Under the pieces are notes generated by a model that saw only the letters and a program-made list of their open reading frames with translations, was not told the DNA's origin and did no database searches. The position numbers and the translations under genes were made by a program. From an uncultured Bacilli bacterium (GTDB lineage Bacteria; Bacillota_I; Bacilli_A; RF39; UBA660), in NCBI GenBank assembly GCA_947623925.1, contig CANQID010000004.1, positions 8,405 through 72,404 of the forward strand: a DNA stretch of 64,000 nt, read 5' to 3'. This document shows, piece after piece, positions 39,126-49,537 of the stretch. Numbering within the stretch: the stretch's first letter is position 1; every line of letters starts with the position of its first letter.

Positions 39126-40541
39126 TTAAAATCTAAAATATATAAATGGATTATATTTATTTGCAACTAAATAACTAATAGAAATTAAAAAAATTATTAT
39201 TAATATAATATTACTAATCATATTATAAATTCTACTATCAATAAATTTTTTGTTTAATTTTTCTATTATATTAGTACTTAAAATAACTGCCAAAATTATA
39301 TGAGGAAGCGCAAATATTAAATCTGGATTTTCACTAATAAAACTTATAAGTCCAATATTACCTTTATTGATAATTATGTTTTGAACAATTATTAATAAAT
39401 CCTGTAAACTATTTGCTCTAAATATTAACCAACCTATATTTATTAATATAAAAGTTAATATAAGTTTAATTATATTTGGTATTTTATTTAAAACTTTTTT
39501 AAATAAAGTTTTTTCTAATATTAAAATAATACAATAATATAATCCCCATATTATATAATTCCATGCTGAACCATGCCATAATCCTGTCAAAAACCAAACG
39601 ATAAACATATTTCTAATCCATTTTAATTTAGATACTCTATTTCCTCCTAATGGAATATATAAATACTCTTTAAAAAATTTTGACAAACTTATATGCCATC
39701 TTTTCCAAAACTCTGTAATACTTTTAGAAATGTATGGATAATTAAAATTCTCTTCGAATTCAAATCCAAAAACACGTGCAAGGCCTATTGCCATATCACT
39801 ATATCCTGAAAAGTCAAAATATATTTGGAATGTATATGATAAAATACCAATAATTAATACTAGTGAAGAATAATTACTTAAAGTTTGACTATTAAACACA
39901 CTGTCTGCTATAATTGCAATATGATTTGAAATAATTACTTTTTTTCCAAGACCAATTATAAATTTTTTCATACCTGACAATATTTTTGATATTGTTTGTT
40001 TTCTATTCAACAACTGATTTTCTATTGTTTCATATCTTACTATTGGGCCTGCTATTAATTGTGGAAAAAAGGAAATATAGAGTGCTAAAAGAAAATAATT
40101 TTTCTGAACTTTTATCTTACTTTTATATAAATCTATCAAATAAGATAATATTTGAAATGTATAAAAACTTATTCCTATAGGTAGCAAAATTGTCTTCATA
40201 TTTATTTGAGTAAATTTAAATAAATTAAAAATATCAATTAAAAAGTTAAAATATTTGAAATATATTAATATTCCTAATATGCACGCAATCGAAACTACAA
40301 AGGTAATTTTTTTTAATTTATACTTCTTATTCTTATCAAAAAAATCTATTAATAATCCAAATATATAACATAATGTTATTGAAAGCAACATTAGTATTAT
40401 ATATTTAGGTTCTCCCCACATATAAAATATTAATGAAAATATGAGTAAAATTATATTTTTAAATTTATTAGGTAAAATATAATAGAAAAATAAACTTATA
40501 GGAAGGAAAAAAAACAAAAATGATAAACTGCTAAATAACAT
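39126..40541 (-). CDS. MBOAT-family membrane O-acyltransferase (AlgI/DltB-like)
   Basis: 471 aa, polytopic. Conserved His in FWKRWHISLSKFF. Confidence 0.8.
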   Translation of the reverse strand: MLFSSLSFLFFFLPISLFFYYILPNKFKNIILLIFSLIFYMWGEPKYIILMLLSITLCYIFGLLIDFFDKNKKYKLKKITFVVSIACILGILIYFKYFNFLIDIFNLFKFTQINMKTILLPIGISFYTFQILSYLIDLYKSKIKVQKNYFLLALYISFFPQLIAGPIVRYETIENQLLNRKQTISKILSGMKKFIIGLGKKVIISNHIAIIADSVFNSQTLSNYSSLVLIIGILSYTFQIYFDFSGYSDMAIGLARVFGFEFEENFNYPYISKSITEFWKRWHISLSKFFKEYLYIPLGGNRVSKLKWIRNMFIVWFLTGLWHGSAWNYIIWGLYYCIILILEKTLFKKVLNKIPNIIKLILTFILINIGWLIFRANSLQDLLIIVQNIIINKGNIGLISFISENPDLIFALPHIILAVILSTNIIEKLNKKFIDSRIYNMISNIILIIIFLISISYLVANKYNPFIYFRF

Positions 40542-41725
40542 TATATTTCCTCCTCTATATTAAATTCATCTCCATGGTAAAATCCTAAATCTCCAATAAA
40601 TAATATTTCATCAATTTTCTTTTCATTTATAAACTTTTTAATATTAAACTTTTCTCCAATGTCATTTTCAAAGTTTCTTAAATCAATTACATAAGTTCTG
40701 TTATAATTACTTGCTATTAGTTCACTAATATGATTATCATATGAATTACCTATAATTAATAAATTTTTATTTTCAGGTTTATTATAATCAAATTGAACTA
40801 AACCATATTGAGATCCATAAAGTTCATCATATGTTATTTGCAAATTTAAATTATTTATAAATTTTTCAGGATTATAATAAGTTTCAATAATTTTATTATT
40901 TATCATTGTAGTATGTTTTTCTAAATTAAATGAATATGCACATATTTTTTCATTAACATTAAATATAGTACCTAATAAATATGATTTTGAACCTTTAAAC
41001 TGGTTTTGAAAACATATTTCTTTAGTAGGTTTTATAATACTTTTTATTTTCATTAAATCAGAAATTTGTAAATAACCTTCATAGGAGCCTTTATAATTCC
41101 AATGATGATCTGTTTTATAAAAATAGTTTTTATATTCATCAAAATTTTTTATTTCTAGTTTATTGCTTTTTATTTTAGAATTAATATTATCTTTTATATA
41201 TTCATAAATGCCTACTTTTTCATTTGTTTCAAAATTTATATCATAATCCCTTTCAATGTAATATAAATACATATCTATTTCTGGAAATTCTTCCTTTATT
41301 TTATTAATATTATTAATTCTATTATCTAGTAAAGGTTTTTCATAATCTAAATTTGTATTTTTAAAAACTAAATATTTTTTATATAAATTAACTTCATCAT
41401 TCAAAGGATTATATTTATTAGTATCATATAATGACACCATTTTATAATAGCCAATATTAAATATTATTTGAAGTGAATTAATATATGATTTCATCGTATT
41501 AGATAATGGTATTTGATCTGATAAAGCATTCTCAATGTTATTTTGGTAAGTTTTATTTAAAAAGTCAGAAAATTGAAATTGTGGAATTTGATTAGCTTTT
41601 CGATTTTCAAAATAATTGACATCATGTGGTAAAATCAAGGGTTTTAAAGTTCCACCTAACATAATTAAAATTATTATAAAAATAAATATTTTATCTTCAA
41701 TTTTTACTTTTTTCATAAATAACAC
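40541..41725 (-). CDS. DHHW-family protein (AlgX/AlgJ-like SGNH partner of MBOAT)
   Basis: The motif YKTDHHWN is present. It has an N-terminal signal/TM helix and overlaps the MBOAT gene start. Confidence 0.7.
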   Translation of the reverse strand: MLFMKKVKIEDKIFIFIIILIMLGGTLKPLILPHDVNYFENRKANQIPQFQFSDFLNKTYQNNIENALSDQIPLSNTMKSYINSLQIIFNIGYYKMVSLYDTNKYNPLNDEVNLYKKYLVFKNTNLDYEKPLLDNRINNINKIKEEFPEIDMYLYYIERDYDINFETNEKVGIYEYIKDNINSKIKSNKLEIKNFDEYKNYFYKTDHHWNYKGSYEGYLQISDLMKIKSIIKPTKEICFQNQFKGSKSYLLGTIFNVNEKICAYSFNLEKHTTMINNKIIETYYNPEKFINNLNLQITYDELYGSQYGLVQFDYNKPENKNLLIIGNSYDNHISELIASNYNRTYVIDLRNFENDIGEKFNIKKFINEKKIDEILFIGDLGFYHGDEFNIEEEI

Positions 41726-41832
41726 CTAATTTCAAAATACTACAAATATTATACAAAAAAGTGTGTAAATATAAAAGTCAAATGATTTATTTTTTTTAAT
41801 ATTTAAATTATAATATATGAAGAGGTAGTATA

Positions 41833-42507
41833 ATGAGAAAAATTTTATTTGGAATTTTCATTTTCATGAGTTTTATTTTAATAGCGAATGCAGAAGAGAA
41901 AACAACTGTTTCTTTTTCAGATTGTGTTGATGGGGATACTGCAAAGTTTTTAATGAATAATGAAATAATTAAAGTTAGGTTTCTAGCAATAGATACACCT
42001 GAAAGCGTACACCCAACAAAAGAAGTTGAAGCATATGGAAAAGAGGCAAGTGATTATACTTGCAATATAATTAAAAACGCGGAAAAAATACAGTTAGAAT
42101 TTGATGTTAATAGTGATAAAACCGATAAATATGGAAGATATTTAGCATGGATATGGGTAGATGACAATTTATTACAAGATTTAATAATTTCCGAAGGTTT
42201 AGGGGAAGTTGCATATTTATATGATGATTATAAATATACTGATTTACTTAAAGATCATGAAGAAATAGCTAAATCTAAAAAAATAGGCATTTGGAACGAA
42301 GAAACGAAAGATTACGAAGAAAAAAGTAGTGAAGAAAAAAATAGTGAAGAAAAAAATAATAATGAAGAAAAAAATAATAATCATGTGTTGTATTTTATAG
42401 GATTTATCATATTAGTAATATTATGTATAACTTGTAGTAAAGTTAGGAAAAAAACAGTAAATAAAATTAAAAGAAAAATAAAAAAAGAAATTAAAAAAAA
42501 TTTATAG
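41833..42507 (+). CDS. thermonuclease (SNase-like) with C-terminal membrane anchor
   Basis: Signal peptide, DGDT, and RFLAIDTPE. An EEKN-rich linker is followed by a C-terminal TM helix. Confidence 0.8.
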   Translation: MRKILFGIFIFMSFILIANAEEKTTVSFSDCVDGDTAKFLMNNEIIKVRFLAIDTPESVHPTKEVEAYGKEASDYTCNIIKNAEKIQLEFDVNSDKTDKYGRYLAWIWVDDNLLQDLIISEGLGEVAYLYDDYKYTDLLKDHEEIAKSKKIGIWNEETKDYEEKSSEEKNSEEKNNNEEKNNNHVLYFIGFIILVILCITCSKVRKKTVNKIKRKIKKEIKKNL

Positions 42508-42604
42508 TTATGAAACTTTATAAAAAAATATATTTATTTATTGACAATAATACTATTTAAAATATATACTATAAGTAGAAAAAAAGTAGTGGGGAGGAAT
42601 TGTA

Positions 42605-42892
42605 GTGGAAAATCAACAAAGTAATTCTAATGCAAATGGGTTAGCTATTGCTGGACTTATATTAGGTATTGTATCTGTAGTGTTTTCTTTCTTGTTTGTA
42701 TGGATAGGACTTATTACAGGAATAATTGGTATTGTTTTATCTGTTAAAGGACGCTCTTCTATTGAAAAGAAAAATTTTGCTACTGCTGGATTAGTTTTAT
42801 CAATAGTTGGTACCGCTTTAAGTGGAGTGTTCATAGCTTGTGCTTTATGCATAATAGGTACTGCTTCAAGCATCGTGAATAATTTATATTAA
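42605..42892 (+). CDS. DUF4190-type small membrane protein
   Basis: 95 aa with two hydrophobic helices and a glycine-zipper-like IAGLILGIVS segment. Confidence 0.5.
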   Translation: MENQQSNSNANGLAIAGLILGIVSVVFSFLFVWIGLITGIIGIVLSVKGRSSIEKKNFATAGLVLSIVGTALSGVFIACALCIIGTASSIVNNLY

Positions 42893-42928
42893 GCATCTAT
42901 GATGCTTTTTATATTGAAAGAGGTTTTT

Positions 42929-43723
42929 ATGTTTCCATATATTAAAGTTTTTAATAAAATAATTACTAGTTACACAATATTAGTAATAATTGGTATATTA
43001 GTTGTAGGTTTTTTATGTATAAAAAGATGTAAAAAATATAATATAGACGATAATAATATGATTGTATTTCTTCTAATTACTTCAATAGGAATGATTATTG
43101 GTGGTCATTTATTATATGGTATTGTAAATTACAAATTAATTATAGATTTAATATCCAATATTAATAAAATAACATCATTTAGTATGCTATTAAATGATTT
43201 ACATATAATTTTTGGAGGTTCAGTATTTTATGGTGGTCTTATTGGTGGATTAATAGCCGGATTTATATATGCAAAAATAAAAAAAATAGATATTAAACTC
43301 TATTCATTTGTAATAACACCTTTTATTCCATTATTTCATTTTTTTGGTAGGATTGGATGCTTTTTATATGGTTGTTGCTATGGAATTGAAAGTAAAATAG
43401 GATTTACATACACGCATTCTCCAATTGAAATAGCAAACGGTGTAAAAAGATTTCCTGTACAGTTATTAGAAGCGGGATTAAATTTAGGAATATTTATATT
43501 TCTTCTAATACTTCAAAAGAAAAACAAGTGTAAAAATAATATACTAATTATATACTTAATGATGTATTCATTTATAAGATTTTTTTTAGAATTTTTTAGA
43601 GGTGATTTCTATAGAGGATTCTTGTTTGGACTTTCAACTTCACAAATAATAAGCATAATAATTTTTATAATTAGTATTATATATTTAATATTTAGCAAAA
43701 AACAAAGCAATTTAAAAGACTAA
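42929..43723 (+). CDS. lgt: prolipoprotein diacylglyceryl transferase
   Basis: Lgt signature GRIGCFLYGCCYG. The ATG at 42929 has an AAAGAGG RBS. Confidence 0.8.
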   Translation: MFPYIKVFNKIITSYTILVIIGILVVGFLCIKRCKKYNIDDNNMIVFLLITSIGMIIGGHLLYGIVNYKLIIDLISNINKITSFSMLLNDLHIIFGGSVFYGGLIGGLIAGFIYAKIKKIDIKLYSFVITPFIPLFHFFGRIGCFLYGCCYGIESKIGFTYTHSPIEIANGVKRFPVQLLEAGLNLGIFIFLLILQKKNKCKNNILIIYLMMYSFIRFFLEFFRGDFYRGFLFGLSTSQIISIIIFIISIIYLIFSKKQSNLKD

Positions 43724-43725
43724 AG

Positions 43726-44952
43726 TTATTTTTTAAATATTTTAGTCTTTTTATATACCCATAACATAATTTTATACAAATTATATTTTGATTTTGATAT
43801 TATTAAATCAAATTCTCCAATTAATTCAACAACTCGTCCACCAAATCCACGTTTAAATTCATATATACCATACATATCATTGTTTTCTTTTTCAAAATTA
43901 CCAGTTATTCCATAAAAATTATATAAATAACATCCTCTTTTTATTGCATCTTTTATTGTAGACCATTTAATTAAATATTGTGCATCAAAATGCATAAATT
44001 TTTCGTAAGCCCCTCCAAATAAATTCAAGTATTCTTTTCCGCATACAATTGACATAGTTCCAGCAAGTGGTATTTTACTTCCATATTCTTTTTTATACTG
44101 TTCATATTCTTTTATCTTATTTTTATATTCTTCTATTTCTTTTAAATGATGTTCTTTTATATCTTGATAATTTTGTATTGTATTTATTTCATTATTAAAT
44201 TTTTCAATCCCTAAATCTATATCAAGATAACAAATATTAATAATTAAATCTTTTCCTATTTTATCATACATATTTTGATAATATGAATATGGTCTATCTA
44301 TAAATCCTCTTCTTGAACTAGTATGCTCCATAATATCTTTGTATTCATTCAGTTTATCTTTATTTATTTGTTCAACAATCAAACCTAATTTTTCTGTTTT
44401 TCTAATATATTTTCTATAGTGACGAGTAAATTGTGAAAAAATTTCATCTTCTGTTTTATCTTTTAAATCTAAAACAAACATCCATCTTGGTTGTAATTCT
44501 TTTGATATATCTTTACTAAATCCATAATGTTTAAATCCATAATCTTTTAATAATTGTACTAGATTTGAATTATCTGTACCTTCTTTCACGATATTTCCAT
44601 CAATATCTCTTTGTTTATACTCAACATATGGATCAATTTTTAACATAAATCCTTTCTGTTGTCTAACATACTCCTTTATAGCATCAAGAAAACTTTTAAC
44701 CAATGTTGTGTTTTCAAAATCTATTAAAAAACCTCTAGGTGCATAAAATAATTTTAATCCAAGTGGAAATTTTTTATATAATAAAAGTGTTGCTGCAACT
44801 ATTTCACCATTTTGTTTAGTTCCTACTAGTTTATAGTTCCAACCATTTGTTTGCTTTAACTTACCCCAATATTCCTTTTGATGAAAAGTAATATATTTAT
44901 TATTGCTTGCAAATTTATCATATTCCTTGCTATCTATTTCTTCTATATGCAT
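43726..44952 (-). CDS. FemAB-family peptidoglycan branch aminoacyltransferase (paralog 1)
   Basis: 408 aa. FemAB-like N- and C-lobes with a central coiled coil (..EIEEYKNKIKEYEQYKKEYG..). Confidence 0.65.
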   Translation of the reverse strand: MHIEEIDSKEYDKFASNNKYITFHQKEYWGKLKQTNGWNYKLVGTKQNGEIVAATLLLYKKFPLGLKLFYAPRGFLIDFENTTLVKSFLDAIKEYVRQQKGFMLKIDPYVEYKQRDIDGNIVKEGTDNSNLVQLLKDYGFKHYGFSKDISKELQPRWMFVLDLKDKTEDEIFSQFTRHYRKYIRKTEKLGLIVEQINKDKLNEYKDIMEHTSSRRGFIDRPYSYYQNMYDKIGKDLIINICYLDIDLGIEKFNNEINTIQNYQDIKEHHLKEIEEYKNKIKEYEQYKKEYGSKIPLAGTMSIVCGKEYLNLFGGAYEKFMHFDAQYLIKWSTIKDAIKRGCYLYNFYGITGNFEKENNDMYGIYEFKRGFGGRVVELIGEFDLIISKSKYNLYKIMLWVYKKTKIFKK

Positions 44953-45028
44953 GTTTATCTCCTTTACTTTAAATTAATTATATCATTTGCTATAAAATAT
45001 GTAAATTAATATTTTTAAAAAGACAATA

Positions 45029-45475
45029 TCAATTGTCTTTCTGATTAAAATAGTATTTTAATATATATTCCATAGTTATTTTAATATCTTGAAATACACT
45101 TATATTATTTAATTCATTTAAACTAAACCATCCTACACCTATACTTTCACTACTTACAACTGGTTCACAATCAACAGGATTAATTGGAACTGCAGGATAT
45201 ATAATATCTATATGTATTTCTCCTTCTTTGTTTCTATTTTTTTGTATTCCAAGTGGTCTTATACAATCATCTTCTCTTGGAAATCTTATACCTAGTAATT
45301 TTATTTTTATTCCTGTTTCCTCATACACTTCTCTTACTGCTGTTTCTTCTGGTAATTCATCAAATTCTATGTGACCACCGGGTTGTACCCATTTGTTAAA
45401 TTTTTTATGTTTAACAAGCAATATTTTTTTATCTATAGGATTTATTACAAAAGCTGATGCACAAAATTGTTTCAT
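45029..45475 (-). CDS. NUDIX hydrolase
   Basis: Nudix box GGHIEFDELPEETAVREVYEETGI. Confidence 0.75.
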   Translation of the reverse strand: MKQFCASAFVINPIDKKILLVKHKKFNKWVQPGGHIEFDELPEETAVREVYEETGIKIKLLGIRFPREDDCIRPLGIQKNRNKEGEIHIDIIYPAVPINPVDCEPVVSSESIGVGWFSLNELNNISVFQDIKITMEYILKYYFNQKDN

Positions 45476-45516
45476 ACTATCACCAGTTTTATTTTAACAT
45501 ATTTTATAACTTAAAA

Positions 45517-46257
45517 TTATTCTAATATATTTTTTGTTTGTTCCTTTACATTTTTTTCGTAAACCATTAACTTTTCATCTAAATCTACAGTAGCAAGTAA
45601 AATATTAGATGTATCTTTATATCCTTTTATTTTTAATTCTTTTTTCAACCATTGTTCTGTTTTGTTTATATTTTTCAAATTACCGCTCATTATTCTTGTA
45701 TCTATTATAACATTTGCGCATAAACCTTGTTTTTGACTAGGTAAATTCATATCTTTTATTGTTATATTCTTATTTTCACCTTTTGGAAGTACACTAACAT
45801 TTCCATTTACTTCTAATATTGCATATTCTATTTCGTCTATATTAAAATAATTATTCATTCTACATTGTTCTAATAATGTATTTATATCTAATTTGACTTT
45901 TAAAAGATTTTTTTCTATTATTTTACCTTTATCTATTAATATGGTAGGTGTACCCATAAAAAATCTTCTTAAACTTACACTTTTTATTGAAAGATATGAA
46001 ACTAAATATGCAGCTAATCCAAATATTAACATTGCAATAATACCATTTATAAGTTGTGTATCTAAATCTGTTATTATTTCTGCAGCAAAGTTTCCAATTG
46101 AAATTCCTATGGTATAATCAAATATTGATAATTGTGAAACTTGTTTTTTACCAAGTAATTTTGTAATTAAAAATAATACTACAAGAGAGGCTATAGAACG
46201 AATTATAACATCATCAAATTGTTTTATGTCCATATTATCACCAATATTAGTATTCAT
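45517..46257 (-). CDS. DUF421 (YetF-like) membrane protein
   Basis: 246 aa with TM helices followed by a YetF-type C-terminal domain. Confidence 0.55.
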   Translation of the reverse strand: MNTNIGDNMDIKQFDDVIIRSIASLVVLFLITKLLGKKQVSQLSIFDYTIGISIGNFAAEIITDLDTQLINGIIAMLIFGLAAYLVSYLSIKSVSLRRFFMGTPTILIDKGKIIEKNLLKVKLDINTLLEQCRMNNYFNIDEIEYAILEVNGNVSVLPKGENKNITIKDMNLPSQKQGLCANVIIDTRIMSGNLKNINKTEQWLKKELKIKGYKDTSNILLATVDLDEKLMVYEKNVKEQTKNILE

Positions 46258-46360
46258 TATATTTATAAATTTATACTATTTATCTTAATAGTTTATATTA
46301 TGTTTACTAATTAAAAAATAAATTACAATAAAAATCCATTGTAATAATTTACATTGGATT

Positions 46361-47350
46361 TCATTTTTCTATTAAATACAAATTATTTAATAATATTCCA
46401 GCACCTTCTGCAACACAAGTAAGTGGGCTTTCTGCTATATAAACCGGCACTTCTAACTCTTTTTGTAGTAATTCATCTAATCCATCTATTAAAGCCCCTC
46501 CTCCTGTTAATATTATTCCTTTATCTATTATGTCAGCTGATAATTCTGGAGGTGTTTCTTCTAAAACTTTTTTTGTTGTTTCTACTATTACATTTACACT
46601 ATCTTTTAATGCTTCTTCAATTTCAGAAGAATTAATTGTTATTGTACTTGGAAGTCCAGTAGTTAAATTTCTTCCTCTTACTTCCATCTTTTTATTCTTA
46701 TCACCTTTATATACAGTGCCAATAGATAATTTTATATCTTCTGCAGTTCTATCACCTATTAATAATTTGTATTTTTCTTTAATATATTTAATTATATCAC
46801 TGTCAAAAGTATTACCTGCTATTTTTATTGATGAACTTGTTACAATACTTCCAAGTGAAAGCACTGCTATATCAGTAGTTCCACCACCTATATCAACTAC
46901 CATACTACCACTTGGTGCGGATATATTTAAACCCGCTCCGGTTGCTGCAACTTTTGGTTCTTCTTCTATATATACTTTTTTTGCGCCTGTTCTTTCTGCC
47001 GCCTCTTTTATTGCATTTTTTTCAACTTGAGTTATGTTTGATGGACAACATATAAGTATTCTTGGTTTTGAAAATAAGGATTTACCATTTATTTTTTTTA
47101 GAAAATAATCAAGCATTACTTCAGTTATTTCAAAATCGGCTATTACTCCATCTTTCATAGGTCTTATAGCTTGTACACTTCCTGGAGTCCTTCCTAACAT
47201 TTCTCTTGCTTCTACTCCTACTGCTAATGGTTTTTTAGTTTCTGAATCTATTGCAACTACACTTGGTTCATTCAATACTATACCTTGTCCTTTTACAAAT
47301 ATTAATACATTTGCTGTTCCTAAGTCTATACCTATATCTTTTGCAAACAT
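46361..47350 (-). CDS. mreB: rod-shape-determining actin homolog MreB/Mbl
   Basis: The N-terminus is IGIDLGTANVLIF.. and the protein has an actin fold. Confidence 0.9.
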   Translation of the reverse strand: MFAKDIGIDLGTANVLIFVKGQGIVLNEPSVVAIDSETKKPLAVGVEAREMLGRTPGSVQAIRPMKDGVIADFEITEVMLDYFLKKINGKSLFSKPRILICCPSNITQVEKNAIKEAAERTGAKKVYIEEEPKVAATGAGLNISAPSGSMVVDIGGGTTDIAVLSLGSIVTSSSIKIAGNTFDSDIIKYIKEKYKLLIGDRTAEDIKLSIGTVYKGDKNKKMEVRGRNLTTGLPSTITINSSEIEEALKDSVNVIVETTKKVLEETPPELSADIIDKGIILTGGGALIDGLDELLQKELEVPVYIAESPLTCVAEGAGILLNNLYLIEK

Positions 47351-47363
47351 AAATTCCTCCTTT

Positions 47364-47615
47364 CTAGTTATATTTCAAATATTTTCTTTTAGTAGATTCT
47401 CCACCTCTTATATGTCTTATGTCAGTATGGAATTTTAATATATTTTCTACTTGTTTATACATATTTTTGTCAATTTTTAAAAGTCTTTCATGTAAATCTT
47501 TATGTACAGTACTTTTTGAAACTTTAAATATATCTGCAAGTTCTCTTACTGTTTTTCCAGTTGCAACTATATATTCAGCTTCTTCTACTACTCTTTTGTT
47601 AATATAATTCACCAT
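47364..47615 (-). CDS. spoIIID: sporulation transcriptional regulator SpoIIID
   Basis: 83 aa with the HTH KSTVHKDL and the conserved C-terminal basic region. Confidence 0.85.
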   Translation of the reverse strand: MVNYINKRVVEEAEYIVATGKTVRELADIFKVSKSTVHKDLHERLLKIDKNMYKQVENILKFHTDIRHIRGGESTKRKYLKYN

Positions 47616-47679
47616 AACACCTCTTTAGTAAATTATATTTTTATGTATGTTAATTATTCAAAAAAGAGCATAAGCCCTT

Positions 47680-48312
47680 TTATATTTCGTTTATTTTTTT
47701 GCCAATGTAATTTAATGGGTTTACTGTTTTATTATTAACACTTAACTCAAAATAAAGATGATTTCCTGATTCTTTATCTATATTTGAAGTTCCGCTTTTT
47801 GCAATTGTTTGACCTTGAGATACTGCATCATTTTCTTTTACAGTTACATCACTTAAGCTTTGATAAGTACTTACTATATTGTTATCGTGTTTTATTTCGA
47901 CAACTTTTCCTAAAATTTCATCATCTTTAACAGAAGTAACAGTTCCACTTAATATAGCAACTACATCAAAATTGTCTGGTCCTTTAAATGTTAAGCCTGT
48001 ACTTGGAATATAAGTATTTTCATAATATATTAATGAATCTTGTTGATCTTTTTCATCAGAGTTATAGTCATAATATTTTTTAGCTACTTGTACATTACCA
48101 TCTATATATGGATTTATTATTTGTTCTACTACTTGTGTTGCATCACCTACAACTGGTTCTACATTATCAAATATTGTTTTATTTACATATTCAGTGTTAT
48201 CTGGTTCTTTATATAATGATTTTTGAACTAAAAATATACTTGATATTATTAATATAAATCCTACTGCATAAAGAGCATAAATTACAGGTCTTTTTAATTT
48301 TCTATATGTCAT
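47680..48312 (-). CDS. M23/LytM-domain protein, SpoIIQ-like
   Basis: N-terminal TM helix. The LytM domain keeps the C-terminal HLYFEL motif but lacks the first HxxxD His. It sits between spoIID and spoIIID, as spoIIQ does in C. difficile. Confidence 0.5.
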   Translation of the reverse strand: MTYRKLKRPVIYALYAVGFILIISSIFLVQKSLYKEPDNTEYVNKTIFDNVEPVVGDATQVVEQIINPYIDGNVQVAKKYYDYNSDEKDQQDSLIYYENTYIPSTGLTFKGPDNFDVVAILSGTVTSVKDDEILGKVVEIKHDNNIVSTYQSLSDVTVKENDAVSQGQTIAKSGTSNIDKESGNHLYFELSVNNKTVNPLNYIGKKINEI

Positions 48313-48365
48313 TTTCTCACCTCATTTAAGAGTTTGAACACATATATTTTTTTTATACACTTTTT

Positions 48366-49286
48366 TTATATTTTTTTTATTTCAGTTCCTTGATAATAAT
48401 GATATAAAATTTGATCATATGTATATCCTGCTTGAGCCATTCCTTCTGCTCCATATTGACTCATTCCAACACCATGTCCATATCCTCTAGCAACTACTTT
48501 TACAGTTTTTCCTTCTTGTGTAATTTTATAATAATTTGATTTTAATCCTAATTTGTTGCATACTTGCCAACCTGTAAATTTTGTTCCATTTATTTTTAAA
48601 TATACTATTCTTCCTGTATTTGTCTTTGATGTTATTTCTACATTCACTTTATCTTGGTATTTTAAACCTAAAAGTGAATAAAATTTTTCTAATGTGTACA
48701 CATATTCTTTATCATATAATGGTGAAACTGAATCCCATGTTGAACTAACACTTCTAAGGTATGGAACCTCATTTGCAAAAACATCTTCACTATCTTCAGT
48801 AACACCTATACTTGTTGAAAAAAATAATGCATCTATTATTTTCCCATCATATACTAAATATTCATCTTTAGTTTCTAAAACTGCTTGTTTTATTTTATTT
48901 GAAAGTTCAGTATATTTATCTTTCCAATTACTTTTTTGTTGATTTTCATCTAAATAGACTTGATTTTGTACTGTATCTACAACATCATAACTGTTTTTTT
49001 TATTTGTCGATAATCTTTTCATTACATATGTCCTTGCAGCTACTGCTTGTGCTTTTAAAGCTTCTAATGAAAAACTAGCCGGCATTTCTCCTGCAAGTAC
49101 TCCCATGACATATTGTTCTAAAGGGACTTCATCTATTTTGCTTGTTGCATTTCTTTTGACTCTAACTGTCATATTAGTTGCATAAGTAAATTTAATTTCA
49201 TCATCATATATAAATATAGTTACTATTATATATGGTATTATAATTATTAATAGCATTACATACATTATTTTTTTCATATTCATCAC
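48366..49286 (-). CDS. spoIID: stage II sporulation protein D (SpoIID lytic transglycosylase family)
   Basis: 306 aa with a signal/TM helix and a SpoIID-like domain. Confidence 0.75.
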   Translation of the reverse strand: MMNMKKIMYVMLLIIIIPYIIVTIFIYDDEIKFTYATNMTVRVKRNATSKIDEVPLEQYVMGVLAGEMPASFSLEALKAQAVAARTYVMKRLSTNKKNSYDVVDTVQNQVYLDENQQKSNWKDKYTELSNKIKQAVLETKDEYLVYDGKIIDALFFSTSIGVTEDSEDVFANEVPYLRSVSSTWDSVSPLYDKEYVYTLEKFYSLLGLKYQDKVNVEITSKTNTGRIVYLKINGTKFTGWQVCNKLGLKSNYYKITQEGKTVKVVARGYGHGVGMSQYGAEGMAQAGYTYDQILYHYYQGTEIKKI

Positions 49287-49537
49287 TATTATTCATTATA
49301 TTTTAAAAATATAATCTTTTTTGTCAAAAAAAATCACATAAATGTGATTTTAAATAAATTTTGTATTAATAAAGAAATCATAGAAAAAGTTTACTACTAA
49401 ATATGATATTCCAATTGAAATTAAAAGGTAAAGCACTCTTGATTGATAATACTTATTTTTTTTAAATATTCCATTTATATTTATGCAATCAAGTGCCCAT
49501 ATAGAAATTGGAACCATTACTAAATAAAGTATTCCTT

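Noticed and set aside
42300-42380. Short nucleotide repeats (gaagaaaaaaatagtgaagaaaaaaataataat...) inside the thermonuclease gene
   Set aside because: They encode an EEKN-rich flexible linker within the ORF. They are too short and too irregular for a mobile or regulatory repeat.
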